From a bacterium (lineage in GTDB: Bacteria > Chlamydiota > Chlamydiia > Chlamydiales > SM23-39): a stretch of DNA of 64,000 nucleotides. The DNA is taken from positions 25,597-89,596 of the forward strand of contig JAJXYX010000024.1 in assembly GCA_021780355.1 (NCBI GenBank), given 5' to 3'. The notes under the pieces are model-generated. The model was not told where the DNA came from and searched no databases. It was given only the letters and a program-made list of their open reading frames with translations. How positions within the stretch are numbered: the stretch's first letter is position 1; each line of letters starts with the position of its first letter. A program made the position numbers and the translations under genes. Below, piece after piece: positions 46,310 through 56,500 of the stretch.

Positions 46310-46990
46310 ATGAAAACTCTTTTTTTCTTCCTGTTTTGTCTTTTCCACTGCGCTTTTTGCCATGCAAACAATGATCTCAAAAGCAAACAGCTCAAAGCTA
46401 TCTATCGAATGACATGCCAAATTCCCTCAGATATCAATGAGCATTTGCCAGATTTAAAACAATTGGCCTCCGAATGTTCAAGCGCAGTTGAAATCGGCGT
46501 TCGATCCATGGTCTCGACATGGGCGATTTTGCAAGGATTATCAGAATCTCCTCAACCTTATACCACTTATATCGGCATCGATCTTGTCTCTCCTCTGCAA
46601 TTTGTCCTAAAAAGAGCTGAAAACTTAGCTCATTCTCAAGGGATCGATTTCCATTTTTGGCAGGGAAATGACATGGATTTAGATATTCCCGTTGTGGATA
46701 TGCTCTTTATCGATTCTCTTCACACCTATTGTCATTTGACCTTCGAGCTTGAAAAATTTGCTCCTAAAACAACCAAATATATCGCACTTCATGACACCAG
46801 CGAGCCCTGGGGAGAGATCGATGACAGCCAATATACGGGAGATTATTCTGAATACGCTCCATGGATCGACCGATCTAAAAAAGGACTTTGGCTCGCTGTT
46901 GTAGATTTTCTCGCAAGACATCCCGAATGGACCCTCCACAAAAGAAAAACTAACAATAGCGGCTTTACCATCCTTAAAAGGATTTCTTAG
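46310..46990 (+). CDS. Class I SAM-dependent methyltransferase-like protein with an N-terminal signal/anchor
   Basis: The layout DINEHLPDLKQLA..VEIGVRSMVSTWAILQGL..IGIDL..LFIDSLHTY is typical of Methyltransf_24/TylF-like enzymes. The N-terminus is MKTLFFFLFCLFHCAFCHA. Confidence 0.5.
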   Translation: MKTLFFFLFCLFHCAFCHANNDLKSKQLKAIYRMTCQIPSDINEHLPDLKQLASECSSAVEIGVRSMVSTWAILQGLSESPQPYTTYIGIDLVSPLQFVLKRAENLAHSQGIDFHFWQGNDMDLDIPVVDMLFIDSLHTYCHLTFELEKFAPKTTKYIALHDTSEPWGEIDDSQYTGDYSEYAPWIDRSKKGLWLAVVDFLARHPEWTLHKRKTNNSGFTILKRIS

Positions 46991-48990
46991 GAAGGATGAT
47001 CTGATTTTAAGAGCTGCAAATCTTGATAATAGCGCATCACATCCCGAGCGCGGGCTGCATCTTCAAAACGGAGCTCTTTGGCTGCGCGCTTCATATCGGC
47101 TTCGCACTCTTTAATTTTTGCCTCCAAATCGGAAAGATCCACAGAAGCATTCGAGAGCGCTTTGGCCTGCTCCTCCAAAGGAGGCTCAGAGCATCCGAAT
47201 GTTTCTTCAATCGATGCTGCCCTCTCTCGGATTGCGCTGCGGGGAATAATGCCATTCTCCTCGTTATAGGCTAACTGATAAGCTCTTCTCTCTGTCGTCA
47301 CCGCAATCGCTTTTTGAATAGCGCTCGTTTGGCGGTCTGCATACATCATGACGCGCCCTTTTACATTGCGAGCGGCCCTTCCGCATGTTTGAATCAAAGC
47401 GGTTTCAGAGCGCAAAAAACCCTCTTTATCTGCATCTAAAATAACAACCAGGGAAACCTCCGGCAAATCAAGCCCTTCTCGGAGCAGGTTAATGCCGACG
47501 AGCACATCAAACTCTCCGTTGCGCAAAGACTTTAAAATCTTCATCCGCTCCAAGGTGTCGATATCTGCATGAATGTATTTAGCCTTCACTCCGATTTCAT
47601 TGAGATATTTAGAAAGCTCTTCGGACAATTTTTTCGTCAATGTGGTAACTAAAACCCGTCCGCCTTGCTCTGTTTCCACGCGGATCTCTTCAAGGCAATC
47701 GTCCACCTGCCCCTGAGCTGGGCGAACGGTAATTTCAGGATCGAGAAGACCCGTAGGACGGAGAATCTGCTGTACAATATCCCCTTTGGCCTCCTCTACT
47801 TCCCACGCTCCAGGGGTTGCAGACACATAAATCACCCGATGAAACTTTCGGTACACTTCTTCAAATTTTAAAGGCCGATTGTCGAAAGCGGAAGGGAGGC
47901 GAAATCCAAATTCAACAAGAGCTTGTTTTCTCGATCGATCTCCATTGTACATCGCGTGCAGCTGCGGCAGCGTCTGATGGGACTCATCAATAAAAAACAA
48001 AAAATCATCAGGGAAATAGTCAATCAAACAAGGGGGAGGAGCTCCAACGGGTCTTTGGCTAAAATGGCGCGAGTAATTTTCAATTCCCTTGCAAAAGCCG
48101 ATTTCTCGAATCATCTCTAAATCATAATAGGTTCTTTCTCGGATCCTTTGCGCTTCGATCAAACGCTGTTCCTTCTCAAAATAGGCAATCCTATCTAAAA
48201 GTTCTTTTTTAATCGTATCCATCGCCACATGTCGGATATGCTCCGGCGTTACGTAGTGAGATCCTGGAAAAATCGTTACAGTCTCTAACCGGCGGCGCAG
48301 TCTGCCTGTAATCGGCTCGATCTCACTGATCCTCTCCACTTCATCGCCAAAAAATTCAATCCGATACGCTAGCTCATCTTCATAAGCAGGGACAATCTCC
48401 AAAACATCGCCTCGCACCCGAAATGTCGCGCGAACAAGATCGTAATCATTCCGCGTGTAGTGCATTTCGACTAAATGTAAAAGAACGTCATCCCGGCGAA
48501 CCGTTTGGCCGCAAGACAGTTTGAGCAGCATCTGGCTGTAATATTCAGGAGTGCCTAGCCCATAAATACAAGATACAGAAGAAACAATGATGACATCAGG
48601 CCGTTCAATCAAAGAACGAGTTGCACTAAGGCGCATTTTTTCAATGCGATCATTAATCGCCAAATCTTTTTCGATGTAAGTATCTGTCCGGGCAATGTAG
48701 GCCTCCGGCTGGTAATAGTCGTAATACGAGACAAAATATTCGACCGCATTGTCCGGAAAAAAGGATTTGAATTCTTGATAGAGCTGAGCAGCCAGCGTTT
48801 TATTATGAGCTAAGATAAGAGTGGGCTTATTGATCTTTTGGATCACATTCGCCATGGTAAACGTTTTGCCGGATCCCGTAATCCCTAGCAAAACTTGCGA
48901 CGGCTTGCCTGCACGCAAACCTTCTACTAAGCTCTCAATAGCTTGCGGCTGATCGCCAGTAGGAGAAAATTCCGCTTGTAATCGAAACAT
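46987..48990 (-). CDS. uvrB: Excinuclease ABC subunit B
   Basis: Motifs GITGSGKTFTMA, DESH, the helicase C-terminal region, and a C-terminal UVR domain ELRFEDAARARD. Confidence 0.95.
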   Translation of the reverse strand: MFRLQAEFSPTGDQPQAIESLVEGLRAGKPSQVLLGITGSGKTFTMANVIQKINKPTLILAHNKTLAAQLYQEFKSFFPDNAVEYFVSYYDYYQPEAYIARTDTYIEKDLAINDRIEKMRLSATRSLIERPDVIIVSSVSCIYGLGTPEYYSQMLLKLSCGQTVRRDDVLLHLVEMHYTRNDYDLVRATFRVRGDVLEIVPAYEDELAYRIEFFGDEVERISEIEPITGRLRRRLETVTIFPGSHYVTPEHIRHVAMDTIKKELLDRIAYFEKEQRLIEAQRIRERTYYDLEMIREIGFCKGIENYSRHFSQRPVGAPPPCLIDYFPDDFLFFIDESHQTLPQLHAMYNGDRSRKQALVEFGFRLPSAFDNRPLKFEEVYRKFHRVIYVSATPGAWEVEEAKGDIVQQILRPTGLLDPEITVRPAQGQVDDCLEEIRVETEQGGRVLVTTLTKKLSEELSKYLNEIGVKAKYIHADIDTLERMKILKSLRNGEFDVLVGINLLREGLDLPEVSLVVILDADKEGFLRSETALIQTCGRAARNVKGRVMMYADRQTSAIQKAIAVTTERRAYQLAYNEENGIIPRSAIRERAASIEETFGCSEPPLEEQAKALSNASVDLSDLEAKIKECEADMKRAAKELRFEDAARARDVMRYYQDLQLLKSDHPS

Positions 48991-50621
48991 TACGTTCGCG
49001 CTTGCTGCTTAGCTTCTTTTCTTATTTCAGCTCCTAACCGGCCCAATTCATATCCTTCAAAATCGACAAATTTGAAAAATCTCTCCAAAGAGGGAAAAGC
49101 CAAACTCACTTGTCTTGCCATCTCTTGCGCAATAAAGCGGTACATGGCATGGCCTGCAGGCTGGGATCTCAGTTCGCACAGCCACTGCAAACTTCTCAAA
49201 TTTACATGAAAATACCAATGTACATGATAGGCCATAGGCACTGCATACTGCGCTTCTTCGGGAAGCTCGGAAGAGATGATATCGTAAGCTTTTTTAGCTC
49301 TTTCCATTGCAGAAACATACTCTTTTTCCATGTCTGTTCCTTGGATTTCAGGAGGAACATAGTAGCCGTAGCGGCAAGTGAGCAGCTGCCTTTCCTGGGT
49401 TAAGATGCGATGGCGGTGTAAATCGCGGTACACGCCAAAGTCTGCCAAAATCTCAAAAGTAAACGAAGGGTGCTCAAGAGCCCTAGGGGATTTATGGCGC
49501 CTATTTTCACGAGACGAGCTAGCTGCATCCAAAATACGGGAAATTTCCTCTTCCGGCAGCTGTTTGCAATACGCTTGCAGCTGCTCTAAAGAGCCCTGCG
49601 AACAAGAAAACAAAAGAGCTCCAGCTAACTTAGCGACGCAATCGGGATCGCTGTCGATCAGACGGACGCCTGGCTGCTCCATTTTATCAATAGAGTTCGT
49701 ATGATGCTGGGCAAATTGATGAATGTCCGAATGCATCGATTCATAAAAATCATTCATCGCTTGAAAATGCTTATGAGAAGCGTCAGCCCTTCGAATAAAA
49801 GATGGAATGACCTTATTGAGCTCATGCAGCGATTTTTTACCGATCTCCTGCATTTCCGCTAAATTATGGTATTGCAGCTTTTGAAGCAGAGATTCAAAAA
49901 AGCGGCCATTGCCGAATACACCCATATTCGTCATGGCGCTTGCCGGCAAAAGCCCCCGCAGACAATCGAGCACTTTGGCTCTTAAAGCTGCGGTGTAGGC
50001 AGTTGTAGAAATGGCGGGATCTTTAGGAAATGTTTGCTCGATCTGGGCGGTCAAAGGGGGAATGAGCTTACTATACGTTTCAAAAAGATGGTTGCATGTA
50101 TCTAAAAACAGCTCTCGATAAGCAGACGTCATAAGAACCGGTTCTTGAAAAAAGAGGTACTCTCCATCGACTTTTTGATCAAAATAAATATAGCGAGTCG
50201 ATTTTTCTAAAGGAGATCCTCCGATGCGATTATCTTCGATCATCTTTGCTGCCAACATAGATACGTTTTCAATTGCTAAGTGGGCTCCACCAAGCTCGCC
50301 AATAGAATCATCTCCATACCCATCTAAAATCCGATCATAAAAATTCTGCGCCTTTTGGATGGCTGCAAGCTGGGTTTCGGAAGGCCCCCCTTCCGTCTGC
50401 TTTCCTGCTATCGCAGCAAAGGCCGTATCTTCATTCAAAATAAATTCTTTCAACAGAAGAGAACGAAGCCCCAACGTAGAACGGGAATACCGGGAAAACA
50501 AAGCCCCCTTAATGACTTCAGGCAAATTGCGGAGAACAAAAATATTGTTCGATGTACTAGTCACAAAGTGTTCAAGGATTTTAATCTGACTTTCTGTAAA
50601 CTCCTCATAATTCCGCAACAT
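48990..50621 (-). CDS. thyX: FAD-dependent thymidylate synthase ThyX, long (tandem-domain) chlamydial type
   Basis: 543 aa with the ThyX signature YRDLHRHRILTQ in the second half and a degenerate first half. Its stop overlaps the uvrB start (TAATG). Confidence 0.8.
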   Translation of the reverse strand: MLRNYEEFTESQIKILEHFVTSTSNNIFVLRNLPEVIKGALFSRYSRSTLGLRSLLLKEFILNEDTAFAAIAGKQTEGGPSETQLAAIQKAQNFYDRILDGYGDDSIGELGGAHLAIENVSMLAAKMIEDNRIGGSPLEKSTRYIYFDQKVDGEYLFFQEPVLMTSAYRELFLDTCNHLFETYSKLIPPLTAQIEQTFPKDPAISTTAYTAALRAKVLDCLRGLLPASAMTNMGVFGNGRFFESLLQKLQYHNLAEMQEIGKKSLHELNKVIPSFIRRADASHKHFQAMNDFYESMHSDIHQFAQHHTNSIDKMEQPGVRLIDSDPDCVAKLAGALLFSCSQGSLEQLQAYCKQLPEEEISRILDAASSSRENRRHKSPRALEHPSFTFEILADFGVYRDLHRHRILTQERQLLTCRYGYYVPPEIQGTDMEKEYVSAMERAKKAYDIISSELPEEAQYAVPMAYHVHWYFHVNLRSLQWLCELRSQPAGHAMYRFIAQEMARQVSLAFPSLERFFKFVDFEGYELGRLGAEIRKEAKQQART

Positions 50622-50735
50622 ACGAACCTCCTAAAATTCCTGGCAGAAAAGCAACCCAAAGATTAAGGGTGCCATATCTTAGGTAGTAGTTCAAGCGATA
50701 AAATGACAATGAAAACAAAATAATTTCTATCTATC

Positions 50736-51740
50736 ATGTATTCAATGAACCACACTCTTACTTCTCTTCCTGTACGCCTCCGAAGAAATCGAAAAACTAA
50801 ATCCATTCGTAGGCTTTTGCAAGAAACCACCCTTTCTCCAGCAGATCTCATCGCCCCCTTTTTTTTAATCGAAGGGAGCAACAAAAAAATTCCCATCGAT
50901 CGGATGCCCGGCATAGAAAGGATCTCTCTCGATGTATTGCTAAAAGAAGCTAGCTGGCTGCATGAGAGAGGAGTCCAATCGATCTGCCTTTTCCCCGTCA
51001 TCAATCCTTCTTTGAAAACAAATGAAGCCGAAGAGGCTTGGAATGCAAACGGTTTATTGGCATGCGCTATCAAAACTCTCAAACGCGAACTTCCCGACCT
51101 TTGCATCATGGCTGATGTGGCGCTAGACCCTTTCACGCTTCACGGCCACGATGGCCTTGTCAATGAAAACGGAGAGATACTGAATGATGAAACCGTCGAT
51201 TGCCTCGTGCGCATGTCCCTTATGCAAGCAAACGCCGGCGTCGATTTCGTCGCACCCAGCGATATGATGGACGGCAGAGTAGCTGCTATTCGCAGAGCCC
51301 TTGATCAACAAGGCTACGAACATACCGGCATCCTGGCCTACAGCGCAAAATACGCATCCGCTCTCTATGCTCCATTTCGAGAAGCGCTCAACGTCCAGCT
51401 TCAATTCGGAGACAAAAAAACTTACCAGATGGATCCTGCCAACGTCAGAGAGGCTCTTTTAGAAGCCGAATTGGATGAACAAGAAGGAGCCGACATCCTC
51501 ATGGTCAAACCAGCAACGCTCTATCTCGATGTGATCGCAAAGCTCAGACAGCAAACAAAAAAAACGATCGCAGCCTATCATGTCAGCGGAGAGTACGCCA
51601 TGGTCATGGCAGCCCATGAGCTCGGCTATCTTCACGCCCCCAGCGTTTTTTATGAAACGCTCCTTTCCATTAAGCGAGCCGGCGCCGACCTGATCTTTAC
51701 CTACGCCATCAAACAAGCGCTAACCGAAATAGAACGCTAG
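50736..51740 (+). CDS. hemB: Porphobilinogen synthase (delta-aminolevulinate dehydratase), Asp-rich metal-site type
   Basis: Motifs RLRRNRKT, ADVALDPFTLHGHDG, PSDMMDGRV, KPA and YHVSGEYAM. Confidence 0.93.
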   Translation: MYSMNHTLTSLPVRLRRNRKTKSIRRLLQETTLSPADLIAPFFLIEGSNKKIPIDRMPGIERISLDVLLKEASWLHERGVQSICLFPVINPSLKTNEAEEAWNANGLLACAIKTLKRELPDLCIMADVALDPFTLHGHDGLVNENGEILNDETVDCLVRMSLMQANAGVDFVAPSDMMDGRVAAIRRALDQQGYEHTGILAYSAKYASALYAPFREALNVQLQFGDKKTYQMDPANVREALLEAELDEQEGADILMVKPATLYLDVIAKLRQQTKKTIAAYHVSGEYAMVMAAHELGYLHAPSVFYETLLSIKRAGADLIFTYAIKQALTEIER

Positions 51741-51946
51741 ACTTCTTACGTAATTAAAAGCAGCGATAAAATAGACCTCTTTCGCAACCCCGAGCCTCTG
51801 CCCGCCCCCATCACCCAATGAAGAAGGGGACAAATTACAACAAGAAATTTCTGAGCGCACAAACGAGTCGCATGGCCAAAAGTTAACACCCCAGTGTGGA
51901 GTTGTAAAAAATAATATTTTCGCGAGAAGATATTTTACGGAATTTT

Positions 51947-52546
51947 TCAGAGGTTTTTCTTATTAGTATAAGGTGGGGGGATTTCGCTTATGTTACGTGT
52001 TTTTGAGAGAAATCCTTCTAAAATAAAAATGTCTTTTTTTATTTCTTTGTAGTTAGGTCTTATGGGATCGTTTTCTTCTAAAATGTGAAAAGTTACTTCA
52101 TTATCACAAATGTTTACCTGAAATACGTCTCCTTTTCTCAAATGCCCCTTGCTATCATAGTCGAACGACAATCTAACAAACAAATCTTCGTAACCAATGG
52201 GATAGTGAGAAAAATATTTTCTAAGATATTCAGTGTCATTTATTTTTTCTATTAAGCCATCTATTAATTCGTAAAATAACATTCGAGCTTCTTCATGTTG
52301 AACTCGTTTATTTAGAGCGCATCCAAGATCAACAACATGAATTTTTCCATCATATACATTTTGTTTGTCGGCATAGTACAAATAGTGCGAAGCTAATTCT
52401 AAAGGTTCCCCTTTGAAATCGTTCTTGTTATATTCGTTTATAACATTCATTGTGTCGCTTTCCGAATAATCTAATCCGTCGCTCACATCGCAAGATGCCA
52501 AAGAAAATAAAAATAAAATGGGGATTCTTTTGGAATAATTAATCAT
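51947..52546 (-). CDS. Lipoprotein of unknown function, paralogue 2 of a tandem pair
   Basis: Lipobox LFSLASC. It appears roughly half identical by eye to 52539-53198, for example DTMNVI.EYNK, YDGKIH, EARMLFYELID and NTEYLRKYF. The gene is AT-rich. Confidence 0.65.
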   Translation of the reverse strand: MINYSKRIPILFLFSLASCDVSDGLDYSESDTMNVINEYNKNDFKGEPLELASHYLYYADKQNVYDGKIHVVDLGCALNKRVQHEEARMLFYELIDGLIEKINDTEYLRKYFSHYPIGYEDLFVRLSFDYDSKGHLRKGDVFQVNICDNEVTFHILEENDPIRPNYKEIKKDIFILEGFLSKTRNISEIPPPYTNKKNL

Positions 52547-53198
52547 TACGTTCTAATTGAATGTTCTCAATAGATTTTGATGACATTGGGCAAGGTCTTC
52601 TGCATATTATTTCTTTTGTGTAGGGGTTTTCTTCGATGAAACTTTTTTTCGATAATAATTCTTCTAAGATAAAAACTCCAGGAATGACTTTTTTTTGTTT
52701 TATTTCGTCAGGTTCTTCTACTTCAATAGTAGAAAAACAGACTGTATTGTCGTATAAGTAGGCGCTAGAAATATCACCTTTTTTTAGAATTCCTTTGTCA
52801 TAATAATCAAAGGAAAGATGAATATATACATCTTCATATCTAACCGGAAATGTAAAAAAATATTTTCTTAAATATTCTGTGTTATTAATTTTTTGTAGTA
52901 GGTTGTCTATTAATTCGTAAAATAACATTCGAGCTTCTTTGTATTGAATTCGTTTATCTACTGCATATCCAAGATTAATCATGTGAATTTTTCCATCGTA
53001 TATTTTGTCCTCTCCAGCATATTCTAAACCATACATACTTAATTCGATAGAATGTTCCTTGCTCAATTTTTTGTTGTATTCGTAAATAACATTCATTGTG
53101 TCTTGGTAAGAGTAGTCCTTTCCATCGCCTAAAGAGCAGGAAGCTAAAAAATATAAAATTAAGCTAAAAATGAATGGTATTTTCATTTTAATTCGCAT
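52539..53198 (-). CDS. Lipoprotein of unknown function, paralogue 1 of a tandem pair
   Basis: Lipobox YFLASC. It overlaps paralogue 2 by 8 nt. Both genes contain a ~30-nt identical stretch, ctattaattcgtaaaataacattcgagcttctt. Confidence 0.65.
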   Translation of the reverse strand: MRIKMKIPFIFSLILYFLASCSLGDGKDYSYQDTMNVIYEYNKKLSKEHSIELSMYGLEYAGEDKIYDGKIHMINLGYAVDKRIQYKEARMLFYELIDNLLQKINNTEYLRKYFFTFPVRYEDVYIHLSFDYYDKGILKKGDISSAYLYDNTVCFSTIEVEEPDEIKQKKVIPGVFILEELLSKKSFIEENPYTKEIICRRPCPMSSKSIENIQLERND

Positions 53199-53326
53199 GG
53201 TGGGTTTTCAGTAATTGTATGAGTTTTGGGGAAAAAGTCCTCCAAAATAAATATATCCAGAGTCAGCGCACATACCGACGAGTACTTTGCGTTATTGTTC
53301 GGCAGTCCTGCCGCTACATAACAAAT

Positions 53327-53566
53327 TTATACCCGTTCAAAAATGCCAGTAAAAGGAGCATCTGGCCAAACCAATCTCCATATTTGATTGCTATTAAGAT
53401 GACGGAACCATTTTTCTTGGAACAGGGAACTTCCGCTATATGGGTTTTTAACAGGAACTTCTTCAGCTAATCCAGATATTATTTGATCGTTCATCCATTT
53501 TACAAATTCATCAAACTCGGTATAACTTTGAAAGTCATCTATTTTTTCCCAAGGACATTCTTTCAT
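53327..53566 (-). CDS. 79-aa acidic protein, putative cognate immunity protein of the RHS toxin
   Basis: Its ATG overlaps the RHS stop by 4 nt (ATGA). It is small with no signal peptide, in the position typical of rhsI genes. Confidence 0.6.
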   Translation of the reverse strand: MKECPWEKIDDFQSYTEFDEFVKWMNDQIISGLAEEVPVKNPYSGSSLFQEKWFRHLNSNQIWRLVWPDAPFTGIFERV

Positions 53567-56500
53567 TTGACTATCCAGGTTGTATCAACGTTCTGAAGAA
53601 ATACTTGGTTTCCACCGCCAAGCAAACTTTCCTGTGCAGAAGAAACTCCTTCAAAAATTCGAGTGCCTCTGGGAACGTTTATTTTGATAATATTTTCTGC
53701 TGTATTGCCCCATTTAGCAAGAAGAGCGTGATCTATTTTGGATTGTAATGGTCCTAAAGGAGGGACTCGAGTCCAGTAAGATCCTAATTGTTTAGCTCTT
53801 CCACCATATACTCTATAAAGTACAATCGACTCTTCTGCATTATATTCCTTATATGTCATGCTTCTGAAAGATTTAGCAACATTTTCGCTTAACGGTCCAG
53901 GTCCTTTGACAGGACTCCAATAAATAGATTGAGCTTCTTTTAAAGCAAGTTTAGATTGCAGACTAAGCGCGTTACTCTTTGCTAATTTCCAAGTTCCACC
54001 AAACATAGCCATATCACCTAAAAAATTTCCAGTAAAATGACCTAATTTAAAGGCTAAACGATCAGAATGTCCTCCCGGAAACAGTCGATTGTTAAGAGCG
54101 CTTTGTTTCTCATTGAGCCAGTGATTGATCGTGTGATATGTGTCTCCCATGGAAAAGTTAAAGCTGCCATCTTTCAAATTGTAAACTCGAAACGGACTCG
54201 CTGCATTCACACCATGAATCATAGTATTTGCAAGTCGAGCGAATCCAAATCCAGCATTGAGGGCTCCTTGATTAAATCCGGTGCTGAATTGGTTCAGTTG
54301 ATAGCTCCAATTTTGCGTGATGTTCGATGAATGAAATGTTCCGGGAGGTCTTGGTTGAAGCCATAGCCCATATTCATCAAAATGTATAAGCGGTTGATTT
54401 TGGAGAAAGTTATAGAGATTCATCCCATCGGTAAATCCGGCGGGATCCGGTGTTAACCAGCGACCGAGAAGAGGCATGTAAAAGCGGCGGCCATAGTAGA
54501 CGAGTTGGGTCTCGGCGTCGCTTCGCTTGGAAGAAAACCTCCAGGGACTCAGTGTGGAGCCATAGATCTTTTCTTCGCCAAAGGCGCTGTAGCGGTAAAA
54601 GGTCGGTTTTGATTGATCGAGGGGGAGAAGCGCTGTGAGATTGCCTTGCAGATCGTGGAGGGGAACGAAGATTTTTTGTCTGAGCTCTACAGAGATCGCA
54701 GCACCGCGCTCCGCTTCGGGAGTAGCTCCCAGGATACGGAGCTCTTGGATGGTTAGATCTTGGTCAAAAGCGCCGATCTCTTTTTGACCGTCGTAGAGGA
54801 AATAAAGGGTGTCATACGACCATTTTGTGATGGTCCGTTTGAAAAGGCACCGATGCTGGGAATCATAGCCAAATCGATGGACTTTGCTAGGTGTGATGAT
54901 GGTGGTGAGCCGATCGAGCGCATCGTAGATATACTTCGTGGAACCTTGAGATGTAGGACAGCCGTTTGCGTTATAGCTTAGATGGGACGTGACTTGATTT
55001 AGGGCGTTGATCTCATAAATTTCTTTGCCTTTTGTCAGCCGATTTCTCATGGAATCGTAAGTGGAGCGGTGGGCAAAAAGCCCCGTCTCTTCTATAAGCT
55101 GATAGAGATCGTCATAGGAATATTCTAAAAGGTCTTGCTGAAGGCGCATGGATAAAATATTCCCCACGGGATCAAAGTGGAGGATGTGTTGTGAAAAAAG
55201 AGGCGCTTCGACTTTGATCCTTCGAGACATTCGGTCGAAGGTATGTCTAACCAGGCCGAAACTTCCTATAAGAGCTTCTTCTAAAAGATGTCTGGAAAGA
55301 TCCCGTTTCAGATAACGATGAGTATAAAGCTCTCGGTGAGCTAGAGTTTTACGCGAAACGGAAGAGAGGTTATGACCCTCATAGCTGTACTCGACCAGGC
55401 AGTCCGCTGCGGGAATTTGACAAGAGGCTCTGCGGCCAGAAGAATCAAAGGTGTTTTGGATCGAGTGTCCCAACGGAAAGGTTTCGGAAAGGATCCGTCC
55501 CTTAGGATCAGTTTTTCGGATGAGCCCGTCGCTTGTTTGGAGATGTCCTAAACGGTTATAAGTCATCTGATGATCGACTGTGCCGTCGGAAGAGCGGATC
55601 GAAATGAGCTGGTTTAAGTCATTGTAGGTGTAAATAATCTCGGTGCCGTCGGGCTTGGTGAGCTTTTCCAGCTCTCCTCGGGGAGTATAGGTTTTATGAG
55701 TGACTTTGGCTTCAGAAGTTCCGTCGGCTTCAGTGAGTTTAATTTCTCTACTCATAGCGTCGTATTCCCAGCGGACGCGGCTTTCTCTTGATGAGCCATC
55801 AGGAGAGAAAATGCTGTCGATCTGTAGAGCTAATTGCCCTCTCGGGGTATAGAATTTTTGGGTAAGGGAGAGAGTTTTGCCTTTTCTTTTTTCGATTTTA
55901 GCGACGCGGCTATGGGTGTCGAGGGTTTCTATTGTTTGGAGTCCAAGGGCATCCGTATGGGTTTTTTGCAAAACTTTTTGCCCATGTTCATTGAACACGT
56001 CTTCATAGGCGATCGTCTCTTGAAATCCTTCGGCGTTGGTTTTTTCAATCAGACGGTTTAATGCATCGTAGACGCTGATTTCTCTAGAGGTTCCGTCGGC
56101 TAGAAAAAAAATCGTGGCGGTTTGATTGCCGGCCGTGTCGTATTCATAGCGGATTTTTTTTAAAAGAACACCAGGGAGAGAAGTGCGCTCCTCTTCGATC
56201 ACTCGGTCCAATAGATCAAAGGTTTTTGTCGTAATCTCAGCGCCTTGATGGACGCGGAACATCCTTCCCAGAGCGTCGTATTCATAAAAAGTGGTTTCCC
56301 CACCAAAAGTTTCAGAAATTTTTCTGCCAGCTTTGTCATAGGTGTAAACCGTTTCATTGCCTTCGGCATCGATTTTGGACATGAGATGATGTCCCACGTA
56401 GCTGTAGGTCTCTTTGGCAAGTTCTTTGCCTTTGGCTAGAGTGGATTTTTCAATAATATGACGGAGAGAATCATACTTGTAGTGAGTTTCTATGCCTGCG

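Noticed and set aside
53219-53470. An 83-aa plus-strand ORF near the immunity gene.
   Set aside because: It is antisense to the 79-aa ORF that is translationally coupled to rhs. It is AT-rich, low-complexity and has no motif.
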